In this document: positions 48,063 through 59,589 of the stretch, one piece after another | How positions within the stretch are numbered: position 1 is the first letter of the stretch | Layout of the letters: each line of letters starts with the position of its first letter | NCBI GenBank assembly: GCA_963848295.1 | Contig: CAWKDB010000010.1 | Coordinates: 416,001-480,000 of the forward strand | Length of the DNA: 64,000 bases | Reading direction: 5' to 3' | Source of the DNA: an uncultured delta proteobacterium | Lineage (GTDB): Bacteria; Myxococcota_A; Polyangia; Haliangiales; Haliangiaceae | Position numbers and translations under genes: made by a program | Notes under the pieces: model-generated | What the model saw: only the letters and a program-made list of their open reading frames with translations | Told to the model about the DNA's origin: nothing | Database searches by the model: none

Positions 48063-48976
48063 GGATATGCGCCCGATCTAGCGTCCCCTGCGCCACGGAG
48101 ATCGAGCAGCGTATGCGCGCCCGCGCCACCCATCAACACGAGCTTTGCGCTCGGCGAGCTGGCAAACGCACGCTCGGCATCGATCTCTCGCAGACGAAGC
48201 ATCGCGGGAGTCAGGTTCGATTGGATCAGTTTCTGATAGTCCGCGGTGGCCTGGCCATCGAGACGTTTGCCGTCAGCAGCGGCTTGAGCGGCGATACGCG
48301 ACGCATCGGCTGCGCCCTGCGCATGGACGCGCGCGGCGTCCGCCTGCGCGTTGGCTTGGATCGCCTGGCGCTCAGCTTCGGCCTTCGTGGCCATCAACTT
48401 CTCTTGGTCTTCGGCAGCCTGCTTCAGGGCTTCTTGTTCTTGCGCGAGCTTGTCGGTGATCTTGGCCTGCAGTTGCTCGGGGAGCGCGACGTTGCGGACG
48501 AGCACAGCCTCGAGCTCGACGTGGCGTCCCTTGATCGCCGCCTCGACGCCTTCTCGGATCTGGCGCTCGATCACTTCGCGTTGGGTCGAGTAGATCTCCT
48601 CCGGCTTGAACCTTCCGACGACGCGGCGCGCCTGAGAGCGCAACGTGGGCCCGAGCAGCACTGCGTAGTAGTCTTTGCCTAGCTCCTGATCGAGCGCGAC
48701 TACCTCGTTTGCGATCGGATGAAACCGGATCGACGTGTCGAGCGTGATCCCGAGGCCATCCGACGATTGGACGTCGAGCCGCTCTTCACGCTCTTGCGAT
48801 CTCACGCTGTACTTCATCGCGTGGTCGAAGACCCCGATGCGCCAGTCGCCAGGTGGATAGACCTTTTGCTGGACTCCGTCGGGGGTGCGCACGACCGCGA
48901 CTTCTCCGGATCCGACGTGCGCGTACGCGCATGCCGCGGAGGTCGCGATGACAACAAGGACGAGGTGGCGGATCAT
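48059..48976 (-). CDS. SPFH/band 7 (prohibitin-like) protein
   Basis: SSDGLGITLD.SIRF; EEIYSTQRE; LVRNVALP; Ala/Gln coiled coil. Confidence 0.9.
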   Translation of the reverse strand: MIRHLVLVVIATSAACAYAHVGSGEVAVVRTPDGVQQKVYPPGDWRIGVFDHAMKYSVRSQEREERLDVQSSDGLGITLDTSIRFHPIANEVVALDQELGKDYYAVLLGPTLRSQARRVVGRFKPEEIYSTQREVIERQIREGVEAAIKGRHVELEAVLVRNVALPEQLQAKITDKLAQEQEALKQAAEDQEKLMATKAEAERQAIQANAQADAARVHAQGAADASRIAAQAAADGKRLDGQATADYQKLIQSNLTPAMLRLREIDAERAFASSPSAKLVLMGGAGAHTLLDLRGAGDARSGAYP

Positions 48977-48994
48977 GATCTCTCCTGGTGTGGG

Positions 48995-49573
48995 TTAGCG
49001 GCCGAAGCCGAGCTGAATGCCGACGGTCCCGGTCGGCATGTGGCGAATCCCGCCGTCGAGGTCGGCCATCCAATCGCGGAAGGTGACGTCGATCCCGAGG
49101 TGGCGGGTCACGAGGATCGATGCACCGACGCCGACTCCAGCGCCTAGCGACGTGCCAGAGCTATCGAACGCGGGCCCGATCAGCGCTTCGGCAAAAGGCA
49201 TCACGACGAACGGCAACGAATAGCGGACGCCGACCGCACAGAACGTGAGCGGTTCGGTTCCGTCGTTCGTATGGATGCCGAGGTCGTCGACCTGCGCTTC
49301 GACCGCGACGCCGTTCTCCCCCTCGTAGCCCGCCCGCGCGCCGAACGTCCACGCGCGGTCCTTCGGTTCGACCGGTGAGTCAGTGTGCGCGACGCCGTCG
49401 GCGTCCGAGGAAACCAACAGCGCGATGCCGGTGTCGGCGCCGAGAAACAACCCCGAGCGCATTCGTGCATAGCCGCCGGAGCCGCCGCCGAAAGCGCCGA
49501 TGGGAGAACCCGAGGCGGACGCGATCGTCCACGGTCCGACCAGTGCGAGTAACGATACGAATGGACGGTTCAT
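48995..49573 (-). CDS. Small outer-membrane beta-barrel
   Basis: Signal peptide; FGARAGY, GVRYS, PFAE strands; terminal IQLGFGR. Confidence 0.7.
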   Translation of the reverse strand: MNRPFVSLLALVGPWTIASASGSPIGAFGGGSGGYARMRSGLFLGADTGIALLVSSDADGVAHTDSPVEPKDRAWTFGARAGYEGENGVAVEAQVDDLGIHTNDGTEPLTFCAVGVRYSLPFVVMPFAEALIGPAFDSSGTSLGAGVGVGASILVTRHLGIDVTFRDWMADLDGGIRHMPTGTVGIQLGFGR

Positions 49574-49625
49574 GGCGGCCTCGCGCCGCGAGCGCTGATG
49601 AGGCTCGCGATCGATCTTCGCGAAG

Positions 49626-49641
49626 AGCAACAATCACGCCG
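49626..49641 (-). promoter_or_regulatory. Putative sigma54 promoter
   Basis: CGGCGTGATTGTTGCT, 52 nt before ATG 49573. Confidence 0.6.
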
Positions 49642-49746
49642 AGCCGTTGACATGGATCTCCGCGAACGCGCTCGCTGCGGTCGCGGCGGCGTTAAGGCTC
49701 TACGGAGTTTTTCCAGGCGACCTCGGAGGATTTCCGGGTCATCCGG

Positions 49747-50055
49747 TCACTGGCAGCTAGTGGTGCAGGCGGACGAGCTCGTCGAGCCGACAGCATAGCC
49801 GGCGCACATCGATCCGCCGGTGCCGTTGGTCTCGCGCCAGGACGTATTGTCGACGAGGCACGCCGCGCACGTGCTGGACGCCTGATCAGTGGCCGCTTCG
49901 CAAGCGTCGATGCAAGGTGTCGGATCCTGCGTGGCGCAGGCGCCGCTCGGCATACACTTGGCGGTGCACTGGCTCTCGTACGGATGCGAGCTGCTGTCGG
50001 TACCACACGCGAACAAAGCCACCGCGAGCGCGAGCGTCCAGATCCTCGTTGGCAT
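49747..50055 (-). CDS. Small Cys-rich lipoprotein
   Basis: MPTRIWTLALAVALFAC; about 10 further Cys; no CxxCH. Confidence 0.75.
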   Translation of the reverse strand: MPTRIWTLALAVALFACGTDSSSHPYESQCTAKCMPSGACATQDPTPCIDACEAATDQASSTCAACLVDNTSWRETNGTGGSMCAGYAVGSTSSSACTTSCQ

Positions 50056-50138
50056 ACGGGGGACATACCTGACCTCCCACCGAGGGTCAACCAACCAGGT
50101 CCGGCGCGGCTTTCGCGAAGCTCCGCGAAGACTGCGGT

Positions 50139-51248
50139 TCATCTCGGCGACACGCGCACGCCGGCGGGCTCACTACACGAGGCTGACGGCTGATAAAGCA
50201 TGCCTCCCATCAGCTCGACGCCATCGTTGTCGGTCGACGTCGGATGAACATCGTACTGGCCAATCACCTGCACGCCCCAGTCGCATGCGGGCTTGAACGT
50301 CGCGCTCGCCCACACCGGCAAATAGAAGCTCGCGTCGATGCCGCTCGGCGCGAACAGGCCGCTGGTCTTACTACCTACGAGCGTCCCGGAGTCGGTCCAC
50401 CATTGAAGGCCGACGCCGCTGCCGGCCTCGACGGAGACGACTCGCAGCGGGACGCGTGCGCCGATCCGCAGTTGGTTCGTCCACAGGTCCCTCGTGCCGG
50501 TAAACGCTTGCGTCATCGGCTCGTTCGTCCCGGACGTCACGCCCGAGACGTGACCGCTTGTCGCGCCGTTCGCGAACGAAGCATCGCTAGCGATCACGAG
50601 ATGGCGCCGCTCGAGCGAAGACGACAACGCAAGACCCGTCGTACCGCCGTTCGGATCGAAACTGGCCGTCTGATGGAAGACGCTGTTCGTCGTCGATCCG
50701 GCCGGTAGCGCACCGTACCAAGCGCCGAACATCATGCCCCAACCGTTGGGCGCGCCGACGGGCCCCATCAGGCTCGAATCGGAGATCTCGAGTCGCCCCT
50801 CCGCGTGCTGCGTGTGGTCGGAATAAGCATCCATGTCGAACGCGCTTGGTGCGCACCCCGGCGCGTCGATCTGGACGTGGTGCCGACCGGGCGCGACCAG
50901 ATAGCCGACGTCGGTGGGGAGCCAGAGCTCGCCTGAATCGACGTCGCCATCCACATCGGACTCCGAATAGAACGACCAACGCCCGTTGAAGCGCTGAGCG
51001 TCCAAGGTGGCCCCGTCGACCGTGAGCGAAAGCCCGGAGTCGGGCGTCGCCCACGTATCGGCGCACATGATCGAGAGCCGCAGGTTTCCCTTTCGATATT
51101 CGCGCTGCTGAAAGGTGGACGTTTCGGGTCGAACGCCCTCGACGACGGCCGGCGTCGTGGTGCCCACCACCGTATCGGTTGGTCGTGCGAAAGCAGTGCT
51201 CGGCGCGGAGACGAGCAGCCCACAGGCGAGGCGTCTGATCGTCGTCAT
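50139..51248 (-). CDS. Exported hypothetical protein (PEGA-like + probable beta-barrel)
   Basis: Signal peptide (AFA); LTVDG...PGRHHVQIDAPG; C-terminal amphipathic strands. Confidence 0.7.
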   Translation of the reverse strand: MTTIRRLACGLLVSAPSTAFARPTDTVVGTTTPAVVEGVRPETSTFQQREYRKGNLRLSIMCADTWATPDSGLSLTVDGATLDAQRFNGRWSFYSESDVDGDVDSGELWLPTDVGYLVAPGRHHVQIDAPGCAPSAFDMDAYSDHTQHAEGRLEISDSSLMGPVGAPNGWGMMFGAWYGALPAGSTTNSVFHQTASFDPNGGTTGLALSSSLERRHLVIASDASFANGATSGHVSGVTSGTNEPMTQAFTGTRDLWTNQLRIGARVPLRVVSVEAGSGVGLQWWTDSGTLVGSKTSGLFAPSGIDASFYLPVWASATFKPACDWGVQVIGQYDVHPTSTDNDGVELMGGMLYQPSASCSEPAGVRVSPR

Positions 51249-51260
51249 AGCCTCGCAACG

Positions 51261-51276
51261 AGCAACGTCTGTGCCA
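51261..51276 (-). promoter_or_regulatory. Sigma54 -24/-12 promoter
   Basis: TGGCACAGACGTTGCT (consensus TGGCAC-N5-TTGC), 12 nt before ATG 51248. Confidence 0.8.
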
Positions 51277-51491
51277 GGCGGCAACGCTCTCACATCCCGA
51301 CGTCGGCGGAGTCGTCCTTGATCGGCCGCACCGACGATGACCGAGTGATCCTATCGCACGCGCTCGAGCGTTCCGCACGAAAGAGGCCTGATCGACGACA
51401 ACTACTTCTGCCGGGCGGCGACAACTAATTTTGCCGGTCTCCGGGCCCGTCCTGAAGGCTCGTCAGACCCCCGGTTCCCACTCGGGTTCCG

Positions 51492-52970
51492 ATGGTCACC
51501 GACGAGCAGGTCAGGCTCTTGAGGCAGAAGCAGATGGAAGGCAAGAAGCAGGAAACAGCAGCAGCGGCCGCGTCGATGAGCGTGCGGTCCGCGAGGAAGT
51601 GGCAGCGCGGATCGCTGCCGACGGAGGCCAAGAAGCCAAGGACGTGGCGGACGCGGGAGGACCCGTTCGCCGAGATTTGGGATCGCGATGTGGTGCCGTT
51701 GCTCGGCACCGACGAGAAGAGCGTGCTCCAGGCGACCACGTTGCTCGGCTGGGTACAGGACAAGCACCCGGGCAAGTACGACGACGGCCTGCTCCGCACG
51801 TTGCAGCGCCGGTTGCGTGACTGGCGGGCGTTGCACGGTCCGCCGAAGGAGGTGTTCTTCGAGCAGCAGCACGTGCCTGGTCGCGAGGGCGCGTTCGACT
51901 TCACCGACTGCGGCGAGCTCGGCGTGACCATCGGCGGCGAGGCGTTCGAGCACTTGCTGTTCGAGCTCGTGCTCACGTACTCGAGCTGGACGTGGGTCGA
52001 CCTCGCGTTCGGCGAGACGTTCGAGGCGATGTCGGCCGGGATCCAGGGCGCGGTGTGGGACGCGGGCGGTGTTCCGCACGTGCTCCGCTCCGACAATCTG
52101 TCGGCTGCGACGCACGATCTCAAGCACAGCGCCGGGCGCACGCTCACGCAGCGGTACAGGTCGCTGCTAGAGCACTACGGCGCGACGTCGACGAGGATCG
52201 AGCCAGGCGAGTCGCACCAAAACGGCGCCGTCGAGCAACGGCACTCGCGCACCAAGCGAGCGATCGCCGAGTCCCTCGTGATCCGTGGGAGCAAGGACTT
52301 CGTCGACGTCGCTGCGTATCGCGCGTTCGTCCTCGACATCGTGGCCAAGCGCAATCGCCGTATCGAGGCGAAGCTCGTCGAGGATCGCGCGGCGCTCCGA
52401 CCGCTGCCGTCGTCACGGGTGCCGACGTACACGGTATTCAAGCCGCGCGTTCGTAAGTGGAGCACCGTTCGCGTCGGTCGGCAGACGTACTCGGTGCCGT
52501 CGCGGCTGATGGGACACATCGTCGAGGCGCGTCGCCACCCCGACACGATCGAGATCCTCTACGGCAAGAACACCGTCGAGGTGATGCCGCGCGTTCGTGG
52601 CGATGGTGCCGCGCGGATCGACTACCGGCACGTGATCTGGTCGCTCGTGACCAAGCCTGGCGCGTTCGCGCGCTACCGCTACCGCGAGGAGCTGTTCCCG
52701 ACGCTGACGTTCCGGCGCACGTACGACGCGCTCAAGGCGCGCACTGTGCGCGCCGACGTCGAGTACCTGCGCATCCTGCACCTGGCTGCGAGCACGATGG
52801 AGAAGCCGGTCGAGGACGTGCTCGTCGCGATGCTCGACGCCGGCGAGGCGATCAGCTTCGACGCCGTGCGCGAGCGCGTGGCGCCGATGCGTCCCACCGT
52901 GCCCGTGATCGACATCCCGCCGCCGGATCTCACCGCGTACGATCACCTGCTCGTCGGAGGTGCAGCATGA
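51492..52970 (+). CDS. istA: IS21 transposase
   Basis: WRTREDPF, FDFT, GGVP..LRSDNLSAA, NGAVE, YSVPSRL. Confidence 0.95.
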   Translation: MVTDEQVRLLRQKQMEGKKQETAAAAASMSVRSARKWQRGSLPTEAKKPRTWRTREDPFAEIWDRDVVPLLGTDEKSVLQATTLLGWVQDKHPGKYDDGLLRTLQRRLRDWRALHGPPKEVFFEQQHVPGREGAFDFTDCGELGVTIGGEAFEHLLFELVLTYSSWTWVDLAFGETFEAMSAGIQGAVWDAGGVPHVLRSDNLSAATHDLKHSAGRTLTQRYRSLLEHYGATSTRIEPGESHQNGAVEQRHSRTKRAIAESLVIRGSKDFVDVAAYRAFVLDIVAKRNRRIEAKLVEDRAALRPLPSSRVPTYTVFKPRVRKWSTVRVGRQTYSVPSRLMGHIVEARRHPDTIEILYGKNTVEVMPRVRGDGAARIDYRHVIWSLVTKPGAFARYRYREELFPTLTFRRTYDALKARTVRADVEYLRILHLAASTMEKPVEDVLVAMLDAGEAISFDAVRERVAPMRPTVPVIDIPPPDLTAYDHLLVGGAA

Positions 52971-53782
52971 CCGCCGTTGCATCGGAGCGCCTCAGCGCGC
53001 TGTGCACCGAGTTCCGGTTGCCAACACTCGCGAGCGAGCTCGTGTCGCGTCTCGTCGCCGCTGGGCACGAGGCACTGATCCCGCTCGTCGCCGAGATCTT
53101 CGAGCTCGAGGCTGGCGATCGCCGCGAGCGCCGCGTCGAACGGCTGCTGCGCCTGTCAAAGCTGCCACCGGGCAAGACGCTCGACACGCTCGACGAGGCG
53201 CGCCTGCCGCGTCCCCTGCTCCAGCAGGTCCGCGAGCTCGCGCGCGGCGAGTTTCTCGACCGCGCAGTCAACGTGCTCGCGTTCGGCCGCCCCGGTGTCG
53301 GCAAGAGTCACGTCGCCGCCGCGATCGGCCACGCGCTCGTCTCCTCGGGACGCAGCGTGCTGTTCGCGCCGACGTACCAGCTCGTCCAGGAATTGCTCGC
53401 GGCCAAGCGCGATCTCGCGCTGCCGCGTGCGCTCGCGAAGCTCGACGTGTTCGACCTGGTCGTCCTCGACGACATAGGCTACGTCCAGCAAGCGCCCGAC
53501 GAGATCGAGGTGCTGTTCACGCTGCTGGCCGAGCGGTACGAGCGGCGTAGCGTTCTGATCACGTCGAATCTTGTGTTCAGTGAGTGGGACCAGATCTTCA
53601 AGAACCCGATGACGACCGCAGCGGCGATCGATCGGCTCGTTCACCACTCGACGATCCTCGAGTTCGCCGTGCCGAGCTACCGCTCGGAGCGTGCCGGCAA
53701 GCCGACCGAGCCGCCGTCGACGTCGAAGGCGAAGACCAAGGCCGCGAGCGCTGCAGCGAAAGCGCGGAGGAAGACCAAGTGA
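52967..53782 (+). CDS. istB: IS21 helper ATPase
   Basis: GRPGVGKSH; LDDIGY; ITSNL.FSEW; AAIDRLVHH; ATGA overlap with istA. Confidence 0.95.
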   Translation: MTAVASERLSALCTEFRLPTLASELVSRLVAAGHEALIPLVAEIFELEAGDRRERRVERLLRLSKLPPGKTLDTLDEARLPRPLLQQVRELARGEFLDRAVNVLAFGRPGVGKSHVAAAIGHALVSSGRSVLFAPTYQLVQELLAAKRDLALPRALAKLDVFDLVVLDDIGYVQQAPDEIEVLFTLLAERYERRSVLITSNLVFSEWDQIFKNPMTTAAAIDRLVHHSTILEFAVPSYRSERAGKPTEPPSTSKAKTKAASAAAKARRKTK

Positions 53783-54148
53783 TATTCGACGCGCGACTCA
53801 CCCCAACGGTGGCGTCAACTACAACGCCGGCGCGGTCGCCGTCGGCGTCATTCACCCTGGGCTCGGGGACCGGCAAGAGTAGTTGTCGTATGCCGGCAGA
53901 TCTAGTTGTCGTTGATCACGGCCGGAGCTTCCGCGATGGACGAGTCGGAATTCTTCCCGGACCGATGGGAGATTCTCCGGATGTCCGCGGCGAACAAGCC
54001 GAGCCGAGCTCGGGCCCCGATGGGCAAGCGCAGCGCCGCATCGCATCGCGCACTCAAACGCGATCCATCGACATCGCATCGAGCGTTGCGAAGCCTTCGC
54101 GTTCAGCTCCGCCGCGGTCGCGGCCGCTCGCAGAGTCGGCGCGGAAGG

Positions 54149-55264
54149 TCACGGTGGCGTGTAGGTCGTCGAGCTCCACGCGCCACCGCTCCACATCTGA
54201 TCGATCCACGGCAACGACGCGGCGGCCAGCGCCGGATCACTCTCCACGACGTGGCACGGATGCGTATCGGGATCGCAGTCGGCCTCGTCGACGATGTACG
54301 TGGCCGCATTTGCATCGCCGGCCAAGCTCGCCGCGAACGCATCGATCGCGGCGGTGTAGTCCGCGGGCGTCGCGAAGTTGTAGCGCTCCGAGATCGTCGT
54401 ATCGTAGGCGTAGAGCAGAAACCCGAACCGGCTCGCGGGTTGGAGCGCGCGGGCGGCGGCGTAGACCGCATCGTACGTGTTGCACGGGCTCGCACATCCA
54501 ACGGGCGGGACGAACCCCCACACCGCGAGCGAGCCGTTCTGGGTCGCGTTCGGTGCCAGGATCGGAGGTCCCGAGTCGTCGATCGCGTCGACCGGAACGT
54601 CGAAGGTTCGTGCCACGGTGTCGTAGCCGAGCACCGTGCCATAGCCGCCCGCGCTCGCGCCGCTGAGATAGATCCGGGTGACGTTCGGGAAGGTCGGGAC
54701 CAGCCGATCGAGGAAGATCGAGAGGTCGCGTGCGCCCCAGAACCACGTCTGTGTGGGAGTCCCGCCGACCGACAGGTCGACCTCCTGCGAGCCGGCATGC
54801 AGATCACCGGTACAGTACGGGACGAAAACCATGTTCGCCGCGCGCATCGGGTTGCCCGTATTGCTGCGATCCAGCACCGGAAAAGCCGGCGGGCCCGCGA
54901 CCGCAAACTGGTTGGCGCCATAACCGGTCAGGAACGTGGCCGTCGGCGACGATCCCCAGCACGAATCCCCGGTGGCGCACTCGCCGCCGCCCTGGAGATA
55001 GATCACGAGCTCGGTCGCGCCGTCGTGCGGGTTGATCCCGATACCGGTCGGCGTGCCAGAGGCGCACTTCGAATCGGGAAAGTCGACCCACGTCCACTGA
55101 TCCGAGGGCGCGGAGATCGGCTGGGGGCCGGCATCGGTCGAGATGCTCGCGTCGGCGACCGCATCCGGGCCCGCAGCGCCGCCGTCCGCGACCGCGCTCG
55201 AATGCGTGCCGCAACCGATCATCAGCGCGCCGCCGACAAGACCGAGGTACTTGATCGTTCCCAT
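54149..55264 (-). CDS. Pectinacetylesterase-family hydrolase lipoprotein
   Basis: Lipobox MIGC; YLQGGGEC; VFVPYCTGDLH; GASAGGYG. Confidence 0.88.
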   Translation of the reverse strand: MGTIKYLGLVGGALMIGCGTHSSAVADGGAAGPDAVADASISTDAGPQPISAPSDQWTWVDFPDSKCASGTPTGIGINPHDGATELVIYLQGGGECATGDSCWGSSPTATFLTGYGANQFAVAGPPAFPVLDRSNTGNPMRAANMVFVPYCTGDLHAGSQEVDLSVGGTPTQTWFWGARDLSIFLDRLVPTFPNVTRIYLSGASAGGYGTVLGYDTVARTFDVPVDAIDDSGPPILAPNATQNGSLAVWGFVPPVGCASPCNTYDAVYAAARALQPASRFGFLLYAYDTTISERYNFATPADYTAAIDAFAASLAGDANAATYIVDEADCDPDTHPCHVVESDPALAAASLPWIDQMWSGGAWSSTTYTPP

Positions 55265-55277
55265 CGCCTGTTCGGAA

Positions 55278-55293
55278 CGCAAGGTTCGCGCCA
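55278..55293 (-). promoter_or_regulatory. Sigma54 -24/-12 promoter
   Basis: TGGCGCGAACCTTGCG, 13 nt before ATG 55264. Confidence 0.7.
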
Positions 55294-55403
55294 CGCATCG
55301 TTCGGCCGAGGCAGCCCGACCATCGCGGACACTGGTACCGCCGGGTGCCACCGCCGCGAGCTTGGCCTGATCTGGTGATACCCGCGTGTACCGCGCGCGG
55401 TCA

Positions 55404-56060
55404 TCAGCCGCGGCGAATCACGGTCGTCAGGTACGCGATGTACACCATCGACGCCCCGGCGATCGCCTTCTGCGAGATGACGAGCAGCGCGAACCCGCGC
55501 TCGCCATGCAGCTCGAACCCGAACACCACCAGCACGAAATAGCTCAGCACGAGCGCGAGATACACGACGTTCGCGGCGAGTCCCCCGGCGCGATTGCGGC
55601 CCATCACGATCGTCAAGCTGATCGCGTAGCCGAGCAGCGCGCCGAACGCCGCGACCACGATGCGGTTGTGGAGCGCGAAGTTGACGTCGACCGGAACGGC
55701 CGGGATCGCCGCGAACGCCGCCCCGCTGGCGGTTCCGAACAGCGCGCTCGCGATGCCCGCCGCTCGCGCCTTGCCGAGCCGGTACGCGAACGCGCGCCAC
55801 GTCCACGCGAACGCGACGAGTGCGCCGCCGAGCGTGACCATCGCGATCGTAAACAGCGCTTGCGAGACGTGGTTCGGCTCGCCGCGGAACACGTGGGTCG
55901 CTCCGAGGTCGCTGAGGAAGTTGCGGCTAAGCAGATAGCGCGACCCGCGGGGATCGAGCCAGGTGCCGCCCGGGTAGACGACCATCGCCACCGCGATCAG
56001 GACCACGAACTGGATCGCGGCGTAGCGCAGAAACCCGGCGCGCCGGTAACCGCGGACCAT
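55404..56060 (-). CDS. DUF998-like membrane protein
   Basis: YPGG...NFLSDLG; multiple TM helices; SQK motif. Confidence 0.75.
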   Translation of the reverse strand: MVRGYRRAGFLRYAAIQFVVLIAVAMVVYPGGTWLDPRGSRYLLSRNFLSDLGATHVFRGEPNHVSQALFTIAMVTLGGALVAFAWTWRAFAYRLGKARAAGIASALFGTASGAAFAAIPAVPVDVNFALHNRIVVAAFGALLGYAISLTIVMGRNRAGGLAANVVYLALVLSYFVLVVFGFELHGERGFALLVISQKAIAGASMVYIAYLTTVIRRG

Positions 56061-56433
56061 GCCGCATCGTACCGGGCGATCTGGTCCGGCGACAGTCCGC
56101 TACTTGTTGAGCTCGAGCATCGCGCCGAGCTCGGCCTTCGCGCGCGGGTACTTGGCATGGATTCCCGGCGTACGAGCGCCCGCGTTCGCGCCGGCGCCGA
56201 GCCCGGTCGCGATCTCGCTGCCGACATCGATGACCGCCGAGCTCTCGAGCATCATCGCGTCGGGCGACCGCCCGTCGAAGCTCGCGCAATCGGCGCTGAC
56301 CTGCGCTCGCGCCGATCGTAGCACCGCGGCCGTCGAGGACCGTGTCTAGTTTCGCGTGGTTGTGACGGGCCCTGCTTTACTCGAGTCCGTCGCCCGGCGT
56401 ACCATCAAAGCCAGCGGGTGCTCTGAGCGCACG

Positions 56434-58096
<1,663 letters not shown>

Positions 58097-58103
58097 CGGC
58101 GCG

Positions 58104-58934
58104 TCACGGCGAAGGCGGCAAGCGATAGACGAGGGTCTCCTCGGTACATACCGGTACCGGCTTGTCGATGACGTGAAACGGCTTGTAGGTCCACTTCCGC
58201 ATCGCGGCTTCGAGCGCGTGGTCGTATGCGGGGAAGCCGGTGGCTTTGATCCGGGTCACGGTCGTCACCGCACCGGCGTCATCGATGCACAGCTTCCACG
58301 ATCCGACCACGGTGGTCTTGCCGGACGCGTTGATCGCCTTCGTCATCGCGGCATCGGGCGGAATCGTCGCGGTCCCCGACAGGCGATTCTTCTCGAGCAG
58401 GCCTGGTGCGACGTCTTGTCCCGACGATGGCGGCGGTGCGGCGTGCCTCGCGCACATCGGGCTCGGATCGCCCACGGTGCCATTGAGCTCTCCCTCGAGC
58501 GGCGTGAGCTTGAGCCCGGTGATCTTGTACGGATGTGCGGCGCCGAGCCGCATCGTAAGGGCGACCTCGTAGTCTCCGACGACGAGATTCGACGTACAGA
58601 CGTCAGCCGCGACCGAATCGTCGAGCTTCTCGATCAGCGGCGGCTGCTCGACCATTAGCTCGCCGAGCTCGAGCTCGCCGAAGCACTTCGCGAGCTCCGC
58701 GAGCTGCTTCTTGTCCGTGATCGTCTTGTCGCCGGAGAACGCCTTCGTGCACGCCGAAGATCGAAACGTCAGGCCGACGGCGTGAAACGGTACTGCGACT
58801 GCCTTGGCGAGGTACGCCGTGTCCGGTTTCGCGAGTGCGATGGAAAACGCGACGTCCTCGTCCTTGGTCTCGTCGGCCCGTGCCGACCCCGGCAGCAACC
58901 CAACGAGCACAAACCACAGCCACCTACTCGTCAT
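58104..58934 (-). CDS. Exported protein with TonB C-terminal-like domain
   Basis: Signal peptide; CIDDAGAV...TGFPAYD...WTYKP...PVPVC. Confidence 0.75.
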   Translation of the reverse strand: MTSRWLWFVLVGLLPGSARADETKDEDVAFSIALAKPDTAYLAKAVAVPFHAVGLTFRSSACTKAFSGDKTITDKKQLAELAKCFGELELGELMVEQPPLIEKLDDSVAADVCTSNLVVGDYEVALTMRLGAAHPYKITGLKLTPLEGELNGTVGDPSPMCARHAAPPPSSGQDVAPGLLEKNRLSGTATIPPDAAMTKAINASGKTTVVGSWKLCIDDAGAVTTVTRIKATGFPAYDHALEAAMRKWTYKPFHVIDKPVPVCTEETLVYRLPPSP

Positions 58935-58963
58935 GGCGAGTAGCATAGCACGCGCTCGGCTGA

Positions 58964-59380
58964 CTAGCGCTTGCAGTCGCGCAGCTGGAAGTCGAGGTGC
59001 GGCGAGTCTTCGCCGTCGCCGAACGCGTACCAACCGCGCGCGTGATGGTGGCCCTTCTCCATCTCGAGCCGCACCTTGCCGCTGCGTTGGCCATCGCGGC
59101 CCTCGAACCACCGGCCCTTCATCACGATGACGTCCTCGCCATCGCCCTTCTCCTTCTCGAATACCTTCAGCTCGAGCTCGCCGTGGTGATGGTCGTACTT
59201 GATGTGAACGCGGTTGCCGTCCTGGGCGTCGACCCATGCGCGGTACCACTGCCAGCCGCCGTCCTTGTCACGCAACCCGGCCTCGAGGCACTCGTCGGCG
59301 GCGTGCGCCTGCTTCGGCGCGAGACTCAACGCAGCGACTAAGACTCCCGACGACAACACGATCTTCGCGATGCTCTTCAT
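58964..59380 (-). CDS. Secreted hypothetical protein
   Basis: Signal peptide (AHA); GGAGG RBS; charged beta-rich mature region. Confidence 0.75.
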   Translation of the reverse strand: MKSIAKIVLSSGVLVAALSLAPKQAHAADECLEAGLRDKDGGWQWYRAWVDAQDGNRVHIKYDHHHGELELKVFEKEKGDGEDVIVMKGRWFEGRDGQRSGKVRLEMEKGHHHARGWYAFGDGEDSPHLDFQLRDCKR

Positions 59381-59589
59381 AGCCAAGCCCTCCTAGAGCT
59401 GTAGCTGCGAAAGCTATCGCAGCGTCGCGCGGGTCGGCGCGCGCAGCTACGAAAAACGGCTTCTTCCCAAGCGAGTCCGCAGCGCGCACCCACTATCAAG
59501 CGAGCGCGGCTAAGCAGCGCGAGGAGTTCGAGCGCAGGGAAGAAGCGCCTTCGCGCCAGCCCGCGGTCTCGTGACCACGCCGTTCTGCA

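Larger units (their letters stand above)
51389..53918 (+). mobile_element. Complete IS21-family insertion sequence
   Basis: TG...CA ends; ~50-bp imperfect IRs (TGATCGACGACAACTACTTCTGCCGG.. vs TGATCAACGACAACTAGATCTGCCGG..), each with a repeated CGACAACTA...TGCCGG unit; carries istA and istB. Confidence 0.93.

Noticed and set aside
49747..50055. Cys-rich lipoprotein as a cytochrome or RiPP precursor
   Set aside because: No CxxCH and no modifying enzymes nearby; a disulfide-rich lipoprotein is more likely.
56100..56324. 74-aa minus-strand ORF
   Set aside because: No motif or clear start signal; may be a fragment of a real gene but cannot be supported.
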